The notes under the pieces: generated by a model
Told to the model about the DNA's origin: nothing
Databases searched by the model: none
Seen by the model: the letters and a program-made list of their open reading frames with translations, nothing else
Program-made: the position numbers and the translations under genes
Part shown: piece by piece, positions 1 to 8,103 of the stretch
Position numbering within the stretch: position 1 is the first letter of the stretch
Layout: each line of letters begins with the position of its first letter
Assembly: GCA_964527495.1 (NCBI GenBank)
Contig: CAZGOT010000002.1
Coordinates: forward strand, 1,740-37,900
DNA: 36,161 nt
Source: an uncultured Haliscomenobacter sp.
Lineage (GTDB): Bacteria; Bacteroidota; Bacteroidia; Chitinophagales; Saprospiraceae
Reading direction: 5' to 3'

Positions 1-60
1 ATATTATTAATTAATCATATTATGATCAATTATTTTATGGTAAATTATCTAATGACCCCA

Positions 61-143
61 TTCAAAACTTTCTTTCGCCGCCGAAAGCGGCGGAATACTT
101 TTTACACAACCCCTGAAGGGCCAGGGGCTTTTTACACAACTCC
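61..143 (+). repeat. Mosaic palindromic intergenic repeat, locus 1 (B2 hairpin + A' box, then small hairpin + second A' box)
   Basis: 61-113 reads ttcaaaactttctttCGCCGCCgaaaGCGGCGGaataCTTTTTACACAACCCC. A second CTTTTTACACAAC lies at 128-140, preceded by the hairpin cccctg/cagggg. The same unit recurs at 6759-6811 and 17044-17084. Confidence 0.85.
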
Positions 144-164
144 GGAATAAAAATCCATCCTGCT

Positions 165-1115
165 ATGCGTAGCTTAAATCTACTCTGGGTCCTGATTATC
201 CCACTCCTTTCCCTTTCCTGCAAAAAAAATACCCCAACTCCCCCACAAGATTGGGAGGCTATTGCACCCGACGGCAGAAAACTGTACCCCCCCAAAGAAA
301 GTCCGGCAGCTTTGAAGGATAAAGACAGCTTGCTCGCAATCGCCCTGGCCAACTACAATGCCGACTCCAATAACCTTCAGAATATCCTCTGGCTGGGCCG
401 TCGCACAGCCTACCTCTCCCGGTACCGGGAAGCAATCGCCATTTATTCCCGAGGCCTCCGGAAATTTCCGGATAGCCCTGAATTATACCGACATCGCGGC
501 CATCGCTTACTCACTATCCGCAATTTCGAAGGAGCCATCCGCGATCTGGAAAAAGCATCCGCGCTCGCCAAAGGACGTCCTCTCGAAATCGAACCTGATG
601 GCATACCCAATAAACTCAACCGCCCGCTTTCATCCCTCCAGTTCAATATCTACTATCACCTTGGCCTCGCACACTACCTGCAGGGTGCATTCGAAAAAGC
701 CCTGGCCTGCTACGATACCTGTATGCTATGGTCGGTCAACCCTGATCTGCTCACCGCTACCTCCGACTGGACCTACATGACCTTGCGCCGCCTGGGGCAA
801 ACCGAACGGGCCCAAAAACTCCTCGATACCATTCCCCCTGACCTCGAAGTCATCGAAAACGATGCATACCTACAACGCCTACTGCTGTATAAAGGCCTTA
901 TCAACCCAAAATCACTCCTCGACCTCGACAATACCGATGAACTTATCCGCCTGAATGTGGTTACGCAAGGGTACGGAGTAGGTAACTGGTATCTGTATAA
1001 TGGAGATACCTCCCAGGCACGTACTATTTTTTCCAAAATCCTCGAAACAGAGCAATGGGCAGCCTTCGGCTATATCGCTGCCGAAGCAGACCTCCAACGT
1101 ATCAAAAACCACTAA
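165..1115 (+). CDS. Putative lipoprotein with TPR-like helical repeats
   Basis: 316-aa ORF. The N-terminus MRSLNLLWVLIIPLLSLSC looks like a signal peptide with a lipobox Cys. The rest has a helical-repeat composition. No specific family recognised. Confidence 0.6.
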   Translation: MRSLNLLWVLIIPLLSLSCKKNTPTPPQDWEAIAPDGRKLYPPKESPAALKDKDSLLAIALANYNADSNNLQNILWLGRRTAYLSRYREAIAIYSRGLRKFPDSPELYRHRGHRLLTIRNFEGAIRDLEKASALAKGRPLEIEPDGIPNKLNRPLSSLQFNIYYHLGLAHYLQGAFEKALACYDTCMLWSVNPDLLTATSDWTYMTLRRLGQTERAQKLLDTIPPDLEVIENDAYLQRLLLYKGLINPKSLLDLDNTDELIRLNVVTQGYGVGNWYLYNGDTSQARTIFSKILETEQWAAFGYIAAEADLQRIKNH

Positions 1116-1172
1116 AAACCTGAAAATTAATACCCCCCAACCACTTCATACTGCTCATAATACCGTTTTGCA

Positions 1173-1766
1173 ATGGATATTTTCGCTTATTTGAGGTCGC
1201 TGTTCCAGCAATCCAGGGAAAGCTCTCCCTCAAGGCCCTTGATACACGAACTCATCGTACGGTCAGAAGAGGAAAAGCAGGATTTTGCACATTGGAAAGA
1301 AACCCTGGTGTTCAGAAGGCTGCGGGTTTGGCTTCAGGAACAGTATGTGCTGTTCCTGCATCAGCCTGAGCAACTTGCAGAAACGGTTGAATTTCTCCAT
1401 ACGCCCTCCAGTAAGGGATTCGCCGTTTTCTTCCACAAAACCCGCTATACTGCCAGAGAAATTACCCACTTTTTCGATTTCCTGAAAGAACGGGTCCTGG
1501 ATCAGGAATACCGCGTCCAGGTGTCCGATGTGCGCTCTTTTGAACGGCCAAACTGGGTGGAAACTATACAACGACATTACCTTAAACCCCGTCCGCAAAT
1601 GAATGAAGCCGGAAAACTCCGGCAACGCTTCGGCAATATCACTATTGAGTTTATCCTCCGCAATGACCAACCCTACCAACTGCGTTTCCGTGCAACTGTC
1701 TATAAAGACCATTTGTTCCAGGAAGCTGAAGATTTCAAACACCTCTTCACCGCCCTGCTAGCCTGA
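1173..1766 (+). CDS. Hypothetical protein
   Basis: 197-aa ORF in a gene-sized gap, same strand as its neighbours. No motif recognised. Confidence 0.5.
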   Translation: MDIFAYLRSLFQQSRESSPSRPLIHELIVRSEEEKQDFAHWKETLVFRRLRVWLQEQYVLFLHQPEQLAETVEFLHTPSSKGFAVFFHKTRYTAREITHFFDFLKERVLDQEYRVQVSDVRSFERPNWVETIQRHYLKPRPQMNEAGKLRQRFGNITIEFILRNDQPYQLRFRATVYKDHLFQEAEDFKHLFTALLA

Positions 1767-2003
1767 CCTCTGCAAAAAAAAGTGCCTGCTTTAAAAACTG
1801 TTTTCTTTTTTTAAGATATTTTCGCAAAATTGCGCTGATTTTAAATCTTCCCATAGGTTATGTGGAAAGCCCTTTGGCAGCAGCCAACACCACGCGGGTG
1901 TTCAACAGGTCTGAAATACAACAGCTCCTGTAAGCAGCCAAAACTCCAACTCCCTGCGGACCGGATCAAAATATCTGTTTTTTAACCAAACATTCGCCAA
2001 GCT

Positions 2004-2225
2004 ATGTACTGGACACTGGAACTCGCCCAATACCTTGAGGATGCTCCCTGGCCTGCTACCCGTGACGAATTGATAGACTATGCTATCCGTTCGGGTGCCC
2101 CTCTGGAAGTTATCGAAAACCTTCAGGAAATGGAGGACGAAGGGGAAATGTATGAAGGAATAGAAGACATCTGGCCCGATTATCCCCGAAAAGATGACTT
2201 TCTTTTCAATGAAGACGAATACTGA
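2004..2225 (+). CDS. DUF2795-like small protein
   Basis: 73-aa ORF. LAQYLEDAPWPATRDELIDYAIRSGAPLEVIENLQ resembles the DUF2795 pattern, with an acidic C-terminus. It is followed by a terminator. Confidence 0.6.
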   Translation: MYWTLELAQYLEDAPWPATRDELIDYAIRSGAPLEVIENLQEMEDEGEMYEGIEDIWPDYPRKDDFLFNEDEY

Positions 2226-2266
2226 TCGGCTACGCTACCTGCCCAATTGCAGGGCCCAACAGGCTA

Positions 2267-2310
2267 AAATCACCGGCATTCTATTGTAAAATGTCCGGTG
2301 ATTTTATTTT
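2267..2310 (+). terminator. Rho-independent terminator downstream of the DUF2795-like gene
   Basis: aaaatcaccgg...ccggtgatttt stem (2267-2304) followed by a T-rich tract (attttatttt). Confidence 0.6.
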
Positions 2311-2414
2311 CTATAGTCTGCTGCCGCCATATTCGGAGTCTATATGTTCTACCCCTTGGTCGAACCTCTTTATCCCCATACTCTGTTGAAGAACCGCTAA
2401 TGTACACCTGAGAA

Positions 2415-3095
2415 GTGAAAAAAATTATCATTGCCATAGATGGTTATTCTTCCTGCGGAAAAAGTACCTTGGCAAAAGCAATGGCCAGGGCACTGGGCTA
2501 TTTGTATATTGATTCAGGAGCTATGTACCGGGCAGTGACCCTCTATCTCCAGCAAAACAGTATTGCCCCTTCCGACCGCCGCTCCGTAGCTGATGCCTTA
2601 TCGGATATCCAAATCCGGTTTGAAAATCATCCCTCAGGGCCAAGGACACTGCTCAATGGCCAGGACGTCGAACAGGAAATCAGGGGGATGGAGGTCGCAT
2701 CAATGGTGAGCAGTGTAGCAGCTATACCGGAAGTTAGGCGGCAATTGGTTCGCCAGCAACAGCTGTTAGGTATGGAAAGGGGTATTGCCATGGATGGCAG
2801 GGATATCGGCACAGTAGTATTCCCTTCCGCAGAGCTCAAAATATTTCTCACCGCAGGCGTTGAAGAACGGGTTGGAAGAAGGCTGCTCCAATTGCAAGCT
2901 TCAGGCATTTTTCTGTCTCCAAACGAAATACGCCACAACTTACTGGAACGCGATTATATAGATAGTACCCGAAGCGATAGCCCTCTCACCAAAGCCCCAG
3001 GTTGTATTATCATAGACAACTCCAACCTCACAGAACAGGAGCAGTTGCTTATGTCCCTGGCCCTGGCACACGCCAGGATCGGCCCCGGCGAATAG
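2415..3095 (+). CDS. cmk: Cytidylate kinase
   Basis: GTG start. N-terminus MKKIIIAIDGYSSCGKSTLAKAMARALGYLYIDSGAMYRA is the classic Cmk P-loop/N-terminus. 226 aa is the typical length. Confidence 0.9.
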   Translation: MKKIIIAIDGYSSCGKSTLAKAMARALGYLYIDSGAMYRAVTLYLQQNSIAPSDRRSVADALSDIQIRFENHPSGPRTLLNGQDVEQEIRGMEVASMVSSVAAIPEVRRQLVRQQQLLGMERGIAMDGRDIGTVVFPSAELKIFLTAGVEERVGRRLLQLQASGIFLSPNEIRHNLLERDYIDSTRSDSPLTKAPGCIIIDNSNLTEQEQLLMSLALAHARIGPGE

Positions 3096-3111
3096 CCCAG
3101 GGCACCCCCAC

Positions 3112-3196
3112 GGGGTTGTATAAAAAGGCCGGAGGCCGTCCTTTGGCGGCTGACGCCGCCAAATAATATTTAAACTTTGTGGGGGTGTGTAAAAAG
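3112..3196 (+). repeat. Mosaic palindromic intergenic repeat, locus 2 (A box, small hairpin, B1 hairpin, degenerate A box)
   Basis: GGGGTTGTATAAAAAG at 3112-3127; gccggaggccgtcc at 3128-3141; TTTGGCGGCtgacGCCGCCAAA at 3142-3163; GGGGGTGTGTAAAAAG at 3181-3196. Confidence 0.85.
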
Positions 3197-3255
3197 CCCC
3201 TGTGAATCCATCGCCTGGTCTTCCCGATAACCAGAAAAGAACCAAAAAATATCTC

Positions 3256-4137
3256 ATGCAGCAAGCACCTCCATCAGAACTGGTACTCACCCCGGATGGC
3301 AAAATTTATCACCTCGGATTAGCCCCGGAGGAGATCGCCGATATCGTCCTCTCCGTTTGTTTTCCCGCCAGGGTATCCCGGATCTCCAAGTATTTTGATA
3401 CCATTGAAGTAAAGGCGGCCAAACGCGAGTTCGTCACCCATACCGGGCGGATTGGCAACAAGCGGATTACCGTGCTTTCTACTGGAATCGGCCCCGACAA
3501 TATGGATATTGTCATCAACGAACTGGATGCGCTGGCCAACTACGACTTTGAGCGAAGAGCCCCCCGCGATACGACACGCCCCCTGAAAATTATCCGTCTT
3601 GGTACCAGTGGTGCGCTACAGGAAGATATAGCGCCAGGCCAGGTCGTCCTTTCCCGGTTTGGGCTTGGGTTTGACAACCTCATGCACTTTTATCGTACCC
3701 AACCTACCTTAAGGGAGGCTGAGCTTTTCCAGGCATTCCGGGAGTTCATGGTCCATAATTTCGAACTTCCCACGCTACCCTACCTGTTTGAGGGCAGCGA
3801 CTCTCTCTCTACAATGCTCGGTCAAGGCCTGGAGCAGGTGATTACGATTACCAGCCCTGGTTTTTATGGGCCGCAGGGACGTCAGCTCAGGGCGCCTGTG
3901 CGCGTAGGCGGAGAGGAAATTGACCAACTCCGGCATTTCCGTTTCCAGGAATTCCGGATCGGCAACTTTGAAATGGAAACTTCTGCCCTTTTCGGGCTTG
4001 CCCGCTTGCTTGGCCACCAGGCCATTTCCTGCAATGTCATCCTGGGCAACCGCATCAAAAAAACCTTTGTGGAAAATACTTATCAGGTGGTGGATCAGAT
4101 GATCCAAATGCTCCTGCCCCGGATTACCAGCTTGTAG
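3256..4137 (+). CDS. Nucleoside phosphorylase (PNP/UDP phosphorylase family 1)
   Basis: Family-like motifs RLGTSGALQ and FEMETSALFGLA. I prefer the ATG at 3256, because the track start at 3202 is a GTG abutting the repeat. Confidence 0.75.
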   Translation: MQQAPPSELVLTPDGKIYHLGLAPEEIADIVLSVCFPARVSRISKYFDTIEVKAAKREFVTHTGRIGNKRITVLSTGIGPDNMDIVINELDALANYDFERRAPRDTTRPLKIIRLGTSGALQEDIAPGQVVLSRFGLGFDNLMHFYRTQPTLREAELFQAFREFMVHNFELPTLPYLFEGSDSLSTMLGQGLEQVITITSPGFYGPQGRQLRAPVRVGGEEIDQLRHFRFQEFRIGNFEMETSALFGLARLLGHQAISCNVILGNRIKKTFVENTYQVVDQMIQMLLPRITSL

Positions 4138-4155
4138 AGACTGCCGCATAAGGCA

Positions 4156-4361
4156 TTTGCCGCCATCGTAGGCGACATAATAATTTTTTTTGGAGTTGTG
4201 TGAAAAGGCTGAGGGCCATTATTTGGCGGCTGACGCCACCAAATGTTATTTTGAATGAACGACGTTTTGCCTCATTTTGCTTTGCAAAATGAGGCAAAAC
4301 GTCGTTCATTCAAAATTTTCTTTCGCCGCCGAAGGCAGCGGAATACTTTTTACACAACCCC
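4156..4361 (+). repeat. Mosaic palindromic intergenic repeat, locus 3 (B-like remnant plus one full ~170-bp A-S-B1-C-B2-A' element)
   Basis: A-like GGAGTTGTGTGAAAAG at 4192-4207. B1 TTTGGCGGCtgacGCCACCAAA at 4222-4243. C hairpin arms at 4251-4280 and 4284-4313, perfect 30 bp, extendable to 33. B2 TTTCGCCGCCgaagGCAGCGGAA at 4321-4343. A' CTTTTTACACAACCCC at 4346-4361. Confidence 0.9.
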
Positions 4362-4390
4362 AAAAAAAGAGAGCAGCCTGAAGGCTGCTC
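4362..4390 (-). terminator. Rho-independent terminator of fsa
   Basis: Stem-loop gagcagcc-tgaa-ggctgctc at 4371-4390, 43 nt past the fsa stop. On the minus strand it is followed by TCTTTTTTTG. Confidence 0.7.
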
Positions 4391-4433
4391 CCCAAAATTT
4401 GATATATAGATAACCTCTGTCCAAAAGAAATAA

Positions 4434-5090
4434 TCATTTTTGAGCTGCGGCATAATCGGCGAGAAATTTTTCCAGACCAATATCCGTAAGTGGGTGCGAT
4501 AACATACCCAGGATTGCAGGAAGTGGGCAGGTAACTACATCCGCACCAGCTTTGGCTGCTTCCACGATATGCCGTGAGTTGCGGATCGAAGCAGCGAGGA
4601 TTTCCGTATCATACCCCTGGATGGCAAAGATTTCAGCGATTTCCCGAATCAGGCCCATTCCGTCCCAGTTGATATCATCAATACGACCGATAAACGGAGA
4701 GAGATACGTTGCTCCCGCTTTGGCTGCGAGAATGGCTTGCGCCGCAGAAAAGACCAACGTACAATTGGTACGGATACCGTGTTCGGAAAAATAGCTGATG
4801 GCTTTGACCCCATCCTTTATCATAGGTACTTTTACTACGATATTAGGTGCGATAGTGGCTAATTGACGCCCTTCTCTGACCATACCCGAAAAATCGGTAG
4901 CAATTACTTCCGCGCTGACATCCCCTTTTACGATTCCACAAATGGCGCGATAGTGTTCCATCACCTGCGCCTCTCCGACGATACCCTCTTTTGCCATGAG
5001 GGAAGGGTTGGTCGTCACTCCGTCCAGGATACCCAAATCGTTGGCTTCCTGAATTTGGGAAAGGCTGGCTGTATCAATAAAAAATTTCAT
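4434..5090 (-). CDS. fsa: Fructose-6-phosphate aldolase / short transaldolase
   Basis: 218 aa. [31 protein letters not shown] and IVVKVPM (Schiff-base Lys context) are typical of the Fsa/TalC family. Confidence 0.9.
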   Translation of the reverse strand: MKFFIDTASLSQIQEANDLGILDGVTTNPSLMAKEGIVGEAQVMEHYRAICGIVKGDVSAEVIATDFSGMVREGRQLATIAPNIVVKVPMIKDGVKAISYFSEHGIRTNCTLVFSAAQAILAAKAGATYLSPFIGRIDDINWDGMGLIREIAEIFAIQGYDTEILAASIRNSRHIVEAAKAGADVVTCPLPAILGMLSHPLTDIGLEKFLADYAAAQK

Positions 5091-5159
5091 AGTACGTGTT
5101 TACGACAAAGCACGGTCAAATTTAATAATTTTTTTGGAAAAAAAGCGATGTGACGAAAC

Positions 5160-5579
5160 TCAAATATTTTTCGTCGTATTCCGGTCGGAAAGGATTTCTA
5201 TCAACTCCTTGAGTTGCTTGTATTGATGAGGCATCAATTCCTTGAAGGCTTCTTTGGCCGCAAAGAAAGCACCACCTTCGATTTGGAATAACTTTTCTTT
5301 TAGATAAAGCGCGTCTTTAAACAGCATTTCACGCAGGGAAGGTATTTCGTGCCAGTCTGCCTCTACCGCTAAGGCCTTTTCCATCTCCCCGTCTGCCTTG
5401 CTAACTGGATCCAGCTCGATAATATTTTCCTGGTCAAAAGCCGCAGTACCGGGAGGGACACCAGGCGGCTGTGGTACTTTCCAGACCTCTTCCGCTTCAT
5501 CCTGATTGATCAGGAATACTTCGAGCCCGCATTCGCGAAAGCGATAAATAAAAAGATTGACTTTTTTTGAAAATTCCAT
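5160..5579 (-). CDS. Hypothetical protein
   Basis: 139-aa ORF filling the gap. No confident family assignment. Confidence 0.5.
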   Translation of the reverse strand: MEFSKKVNLFIYRFRECGLEVFLINQDEAEEVWKVPQPPGVPPGTAAFDQENIIELDPVSKADGEMEKALAVEADWHEIPSLREMLFKDALYLKEKLFQIEGGAFFAAKEAFKELMPHQYKQLKELIEILSDRNTTKNI

Positions 5580-5793
5580 AATCGGGAAAACTTTCCACTG
5601 TAAAAATAGAAATGTTTAACAAAACCCGCACAGAAAAGTTTGGATAGCGCCCCTTAGACCAGAATAATTATGCACCCTGCACCAGTACCTTTTGCGCAAA
5701 TTTTCAAGATGGGCCTTCAAAACACAGAAAATATAGTTGGTGCGAAATATAATAGGCGCCTCGTAGGGAAGAAAAATTTCTACGGTTAAACTC

Positions 5794-6465
5794 CTACAAA
5801 ATCCCTTTGTTCTTGATCATTTCCAGGATTGCGAGAGCCATCACGATGGCTTCTTCCTCTGGTGAAAGGTCATTTTTGACAAATTCAAATACCCGCCGGC
5901 TCAAAATATCCTTGGCCCCGGGTTTTAGTGGTGCCAAACGGGCAACCTGTCGCCCCTGAATCTGAATTACAGCACTTGCCCCTTCTTTTTTCTCCAGTGC
6001 CGCAATAGTCTTTTTTGTGCGGGCCCCTAGCAGTTGTCCGGTTGTTTCGTTGAAATTTCCCACCTGCTGCTCGTCCACGACTATTTCACACTCCCCGCCG
6101 TGCAGCCAGTAGAAAAACTCATGGCGGGTAGTTTTTGCAAAAATCAGGGCATCGTTTTTGCCGGACAGATACCTGCGGCAATAATACGCCACGGCGTGTT
6201 CGTCAAAAATAGTGACAAAAATACCCCTGTGATTTGTCACCAACCTTTTTTTAACAACGGACGCCACCTCTTTAGACGATAGGGTCTCCAGGTCTTCATT
6301 TTTGACCGGCGCGAGTTCAGCAGAAATAGCCAGGACCTCTTCCCGAATCTGTTTAAGATCGGATAGCACTTTTTTTTGCCCCGGCATAAAATTGGGCGCA
6401 GATTGGGCGAACAACACGAAGCCAGCACCCGCGAGAATCAAAGCAGAAAGGGCTAATACCCCCAT
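5794..6465 (-). CDS. Hypothetical membrane-anchored protein
   Basis: 223-aa ORF with a hydrophobic N-terminus (MGVLALSALILAGAGFVLFA). No family recognised. Confidence 0.5.
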   Translation of the reverse strand: MGVLALSALILAGAGFVLFAQSAPNFMPGQKKVLSDLKQIREEVLAISAELAPVKNEDLETLSSKEVASVVKKRLVTNHRGIFVTIFDEHAVAYYCRRYLSGKNDALIFAKTTRHEFFYWLHGGECEIVVDEQQVGNFNETTGQLLGARTKKTIAALEKKEGASAVIQIQGRQVARLAPLKPGAKDILSRRVFEFVKNDLSPEEEAIVMALAILEMIKNKGIL

Positions 6466-6499
6466 AACTCGTTCGTTTTTATCGTTTTTCCATTTAAAA

Positions 6500-6811
6500 T
6501 TTTGTGGGGGTATCCCGAAAGTATGGGGTTGTGTAAAAAGGCCGGAGGCCGTCCTTTGGCGGCTGACGCCGCCAATAATTATTTTGAAGAGGTTGTGTAA
6601 AAAGCCCCCGGCTTTTCATTTGGCGGCTTGCGCCGCCAAATGTTATTTTAAACAGACGTCATTTTCATTGATTTTGCTTCGCAAAATCAATGAAAATGAC
6701 GTCTGTTTAAAATAACATTTGGCGGCCGTAGGCGGCGGAATACTTTTTACACAACCCCTTCAAAACTCTCTTTCGCCGCCGAAGGCGGCGTAATACTTTC
6801 TACACAACCCC
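6500..6811 (+). repeat. Mosaic palindromic intergenic repeat, locus 4 (densest cluster: A-S-B1, a full A-S-B1-C-B-A' element, then a B2-A' unit)
   Basis: A boxes at 6525-6540 and 6591-6604. B1 at 6555-6575 and 6619-6640. Perfect palindrome arms at 6632-6677 and 6681-6726 with loop ttc. A' at 6743-6758. The B2+A' unit at 6759-6811 is nearly identical to 61-113. Confidence 0.92.
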
Positions 6812-6848
6812 ATGGTATTTTACGACAAGAATTTCCCCGCAACCAGTA

Positions 6849-7715
6849 TTATCCGAGATAGGAACGCAGGGCGTTTCTATTATTGGATTTGCGCAAACGG
6901 CGAATAGCGCGTTCCTTAATTTGACGTACACGCTCGCGCGTGAGGTCATAAAGTTCGCCAATTTCTTCCAGGGTGAGCGGTTTTTGGCCATCAAGTCCAA
7001 AATAAGCGGATAGCACTTCCACCTCCCGGGACGAGAGGATTGCGAGCCCTTGGCGGACCTCTTCTTTAAGGGAATCCTCCATGAGCTGGGCATCAGGGAT
7101 CATATCGTCCTCTCCGGAAATCACGTCGAGCATCGTTGCATCCCCTTCTTCCCCACTAATCGGTGCATCCACTGAAACGTGGCGGGAAGTACCTTTGAGT
7201 ACGTTGGCCACTTCCTTAGGGCTCATATTGAGCACTTCTGCCAGTTCCTCGGTTGAAGGCTCGCGCTCGAATTGCTGGATAAAGGAGAGGAACGCTTCAT
7301 TGACCTTGTTATAGGAACCAATTTTATTCAGGGGTAGCCGGACAATGCGGGAATATTCCACGATAGCCTGGAGAATAGACTGCCGAATCCACCAAACGGC
7401 ATAAGAGATAAACTTAAAGCCTTTCGTCTCATCAAATCGCCTGGCGGCTTTCATCAGACCCACGTTGCCTTCATTGATCAGGTCACTGAGGGAGAGGCCC
7501 TGGTTTTGGTATTGTTTTGCGACAGAGACAACGAAACGCAGGTTAGCCCTTGTGAGCTTGTCCAGTGCTTCCTGATCTCCTGTGCGGATCCTGCGGGCCA
7601 GTTCAGCCTCCTCATCCGCCGACAGCATTGCGATCCTGCCAATATCGTGCAGGTATTTGTCCAGCGCGAGGCTCTCCCGCGAGGTAATCTTATTGGTAAT
7701 TTTTAATTGGCGCAT
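6849..7715 (-). CDS. rpoD: Primary RNA polymerase sigma factor (sigma-70 family, compact Bacteroidota type)
   Basis: 288 aa. Region 2 is [55 protein letters not shown]. Region 4.2 is [29 protein letters not shown]. Confidence 0.9.
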   Translation of the reverse strand: MRQLKITNKITSRESLALDKYLHDIGRIAMLSADEEAELARRIRTGDQEALDKLTRANLRFVVSVAKQYQNQGLSLSDLINEGNVGLMKAARRFDETKGFKFISYAVWWIRQSILQAIVEYSRIVRLPLNKIGSYNKVNEAFLSFIQQFEREPSTEELAEVLNMSPKEVANVLKGTSRHVSVDAPISGEEGDATMLDVISGEDDMIPDAQLMEDSLKEEVRQGLAILSSREVEVLSAYFGLDGQKPLTLEEIGELYDLTRERVRQIKERAIRRLRKSNNRNALRSYLG

Positions 7716-7842
7716 AAGGATGTAATTATAACAATCTTTTTTGCCGGGCGTGAAGCGGCAGCAGGAAGACTTCTGGCTAAATACCCCCGGGGTTGGGGAA
7801 ACTGTCTCCTAAATCTTCTGGCGACGTAAGCCATCAGAAGAT

Positions 7843-7937
7843 TTTTTTTGAACGCTATTTTTGTTGCTTTTGCTTGTAAAGCCAACAAAAATAGCGTTCA
7901 AAAAAATTATTCTGCCACCGAAAGCGGCAGAACACTT
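7843..7937 (+). repeat. Mosaic palindromic intergenic repeat, locus 5 (variant C hairpin + variant B2 hairpin)
   Basis: 24-bp perfect arms at 7843-7866 and 7883-7906 (tttttttgaacgctatttttgttg / caacaaaaatagcgttcaaaaaaa) with an apex containing ttttgcttg. This is followed by TCTGCCACCgaaaGCGGCAGAA at 7911-7932. The inverse of that B2 variant is seen at 36113-36135. Confidence 0.8.
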
Positions 7938-8103
7938 ACGAGACAGCACACTCCTAATCGGACATAAACAATCAGGAAGCAGTCCTGCGGCGAAGCTCCG
8001 GGATACCCGGGTAAGCCTTTGCAGTAATTTAAACGTTTTCGCCGTTTAGTTACTGCAACGCTTACTTCAACTTATACGCTTTTTTCCAAAAAAAAGTTTC
8101 TTT

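Noticed and set aside
1-60. A very AT-rich 60 nt at the window edge (atattattaattaatcatattatgatcaattatttt...).
   Set aside because: It is truncated by the window boundary. With no flanking context, no repeat partner and no ORF, nothing can be concluded.
73-95. GNRA tetraloops on the B2 hairpins as evidence for an RNA-level function.
   Set aside because: When the stems are paired maximally, the loops read AAAG or GAA rather than a consistent GNRA. The pattern is not supported.
3202-3255. Upstream track starts giving N-terminal extensions: 3202, 13997, 18733, 22502, 27566, 29312, 32709 and 34831.
   Set aside because: These extensions either use GTG/TTG starts, run through repeat modules, overlap neighbouring genes, or precede the conserved family N-terminus or signal peptide. 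I preferred internal ATGs, though the 29312 versus 29264 choice for gldM remains uncertain.
6525-6620. A CRISPR array as an explanation for the recurring GGGGTTGTGTAAAAAG boxes.
   Set aside because: Box spacing is irregular (19, 22, 66 bp and others). The boxes occur in both orientations as inverted pairs. The sequences between them are themselves conserved modules rather than unique spacers. No cas genes are present.
6632-6726. Integron attC sites or retron msr/msd as an explanation for the long palindromes.
   Set aside because: There are no R/L core-site motifs (GTTRRRY), no integrase, no reverse transcriptase and no cassette-like ORF organisation in the window.
6759-6811. The repeats being simply rho-independent terminators.
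   Set aside because: The GC hairpins are not directly followed by clean U-tracts on either strand in most copies. The modules also occur in divergent promoter regions (14052-14130, 24356-24441) and upstream of genes (61-143), where termination makes no sense. True terminator-like hairpins at 2267-2310, 4362-4390 and 35831-35865 are unrelated in sequence.
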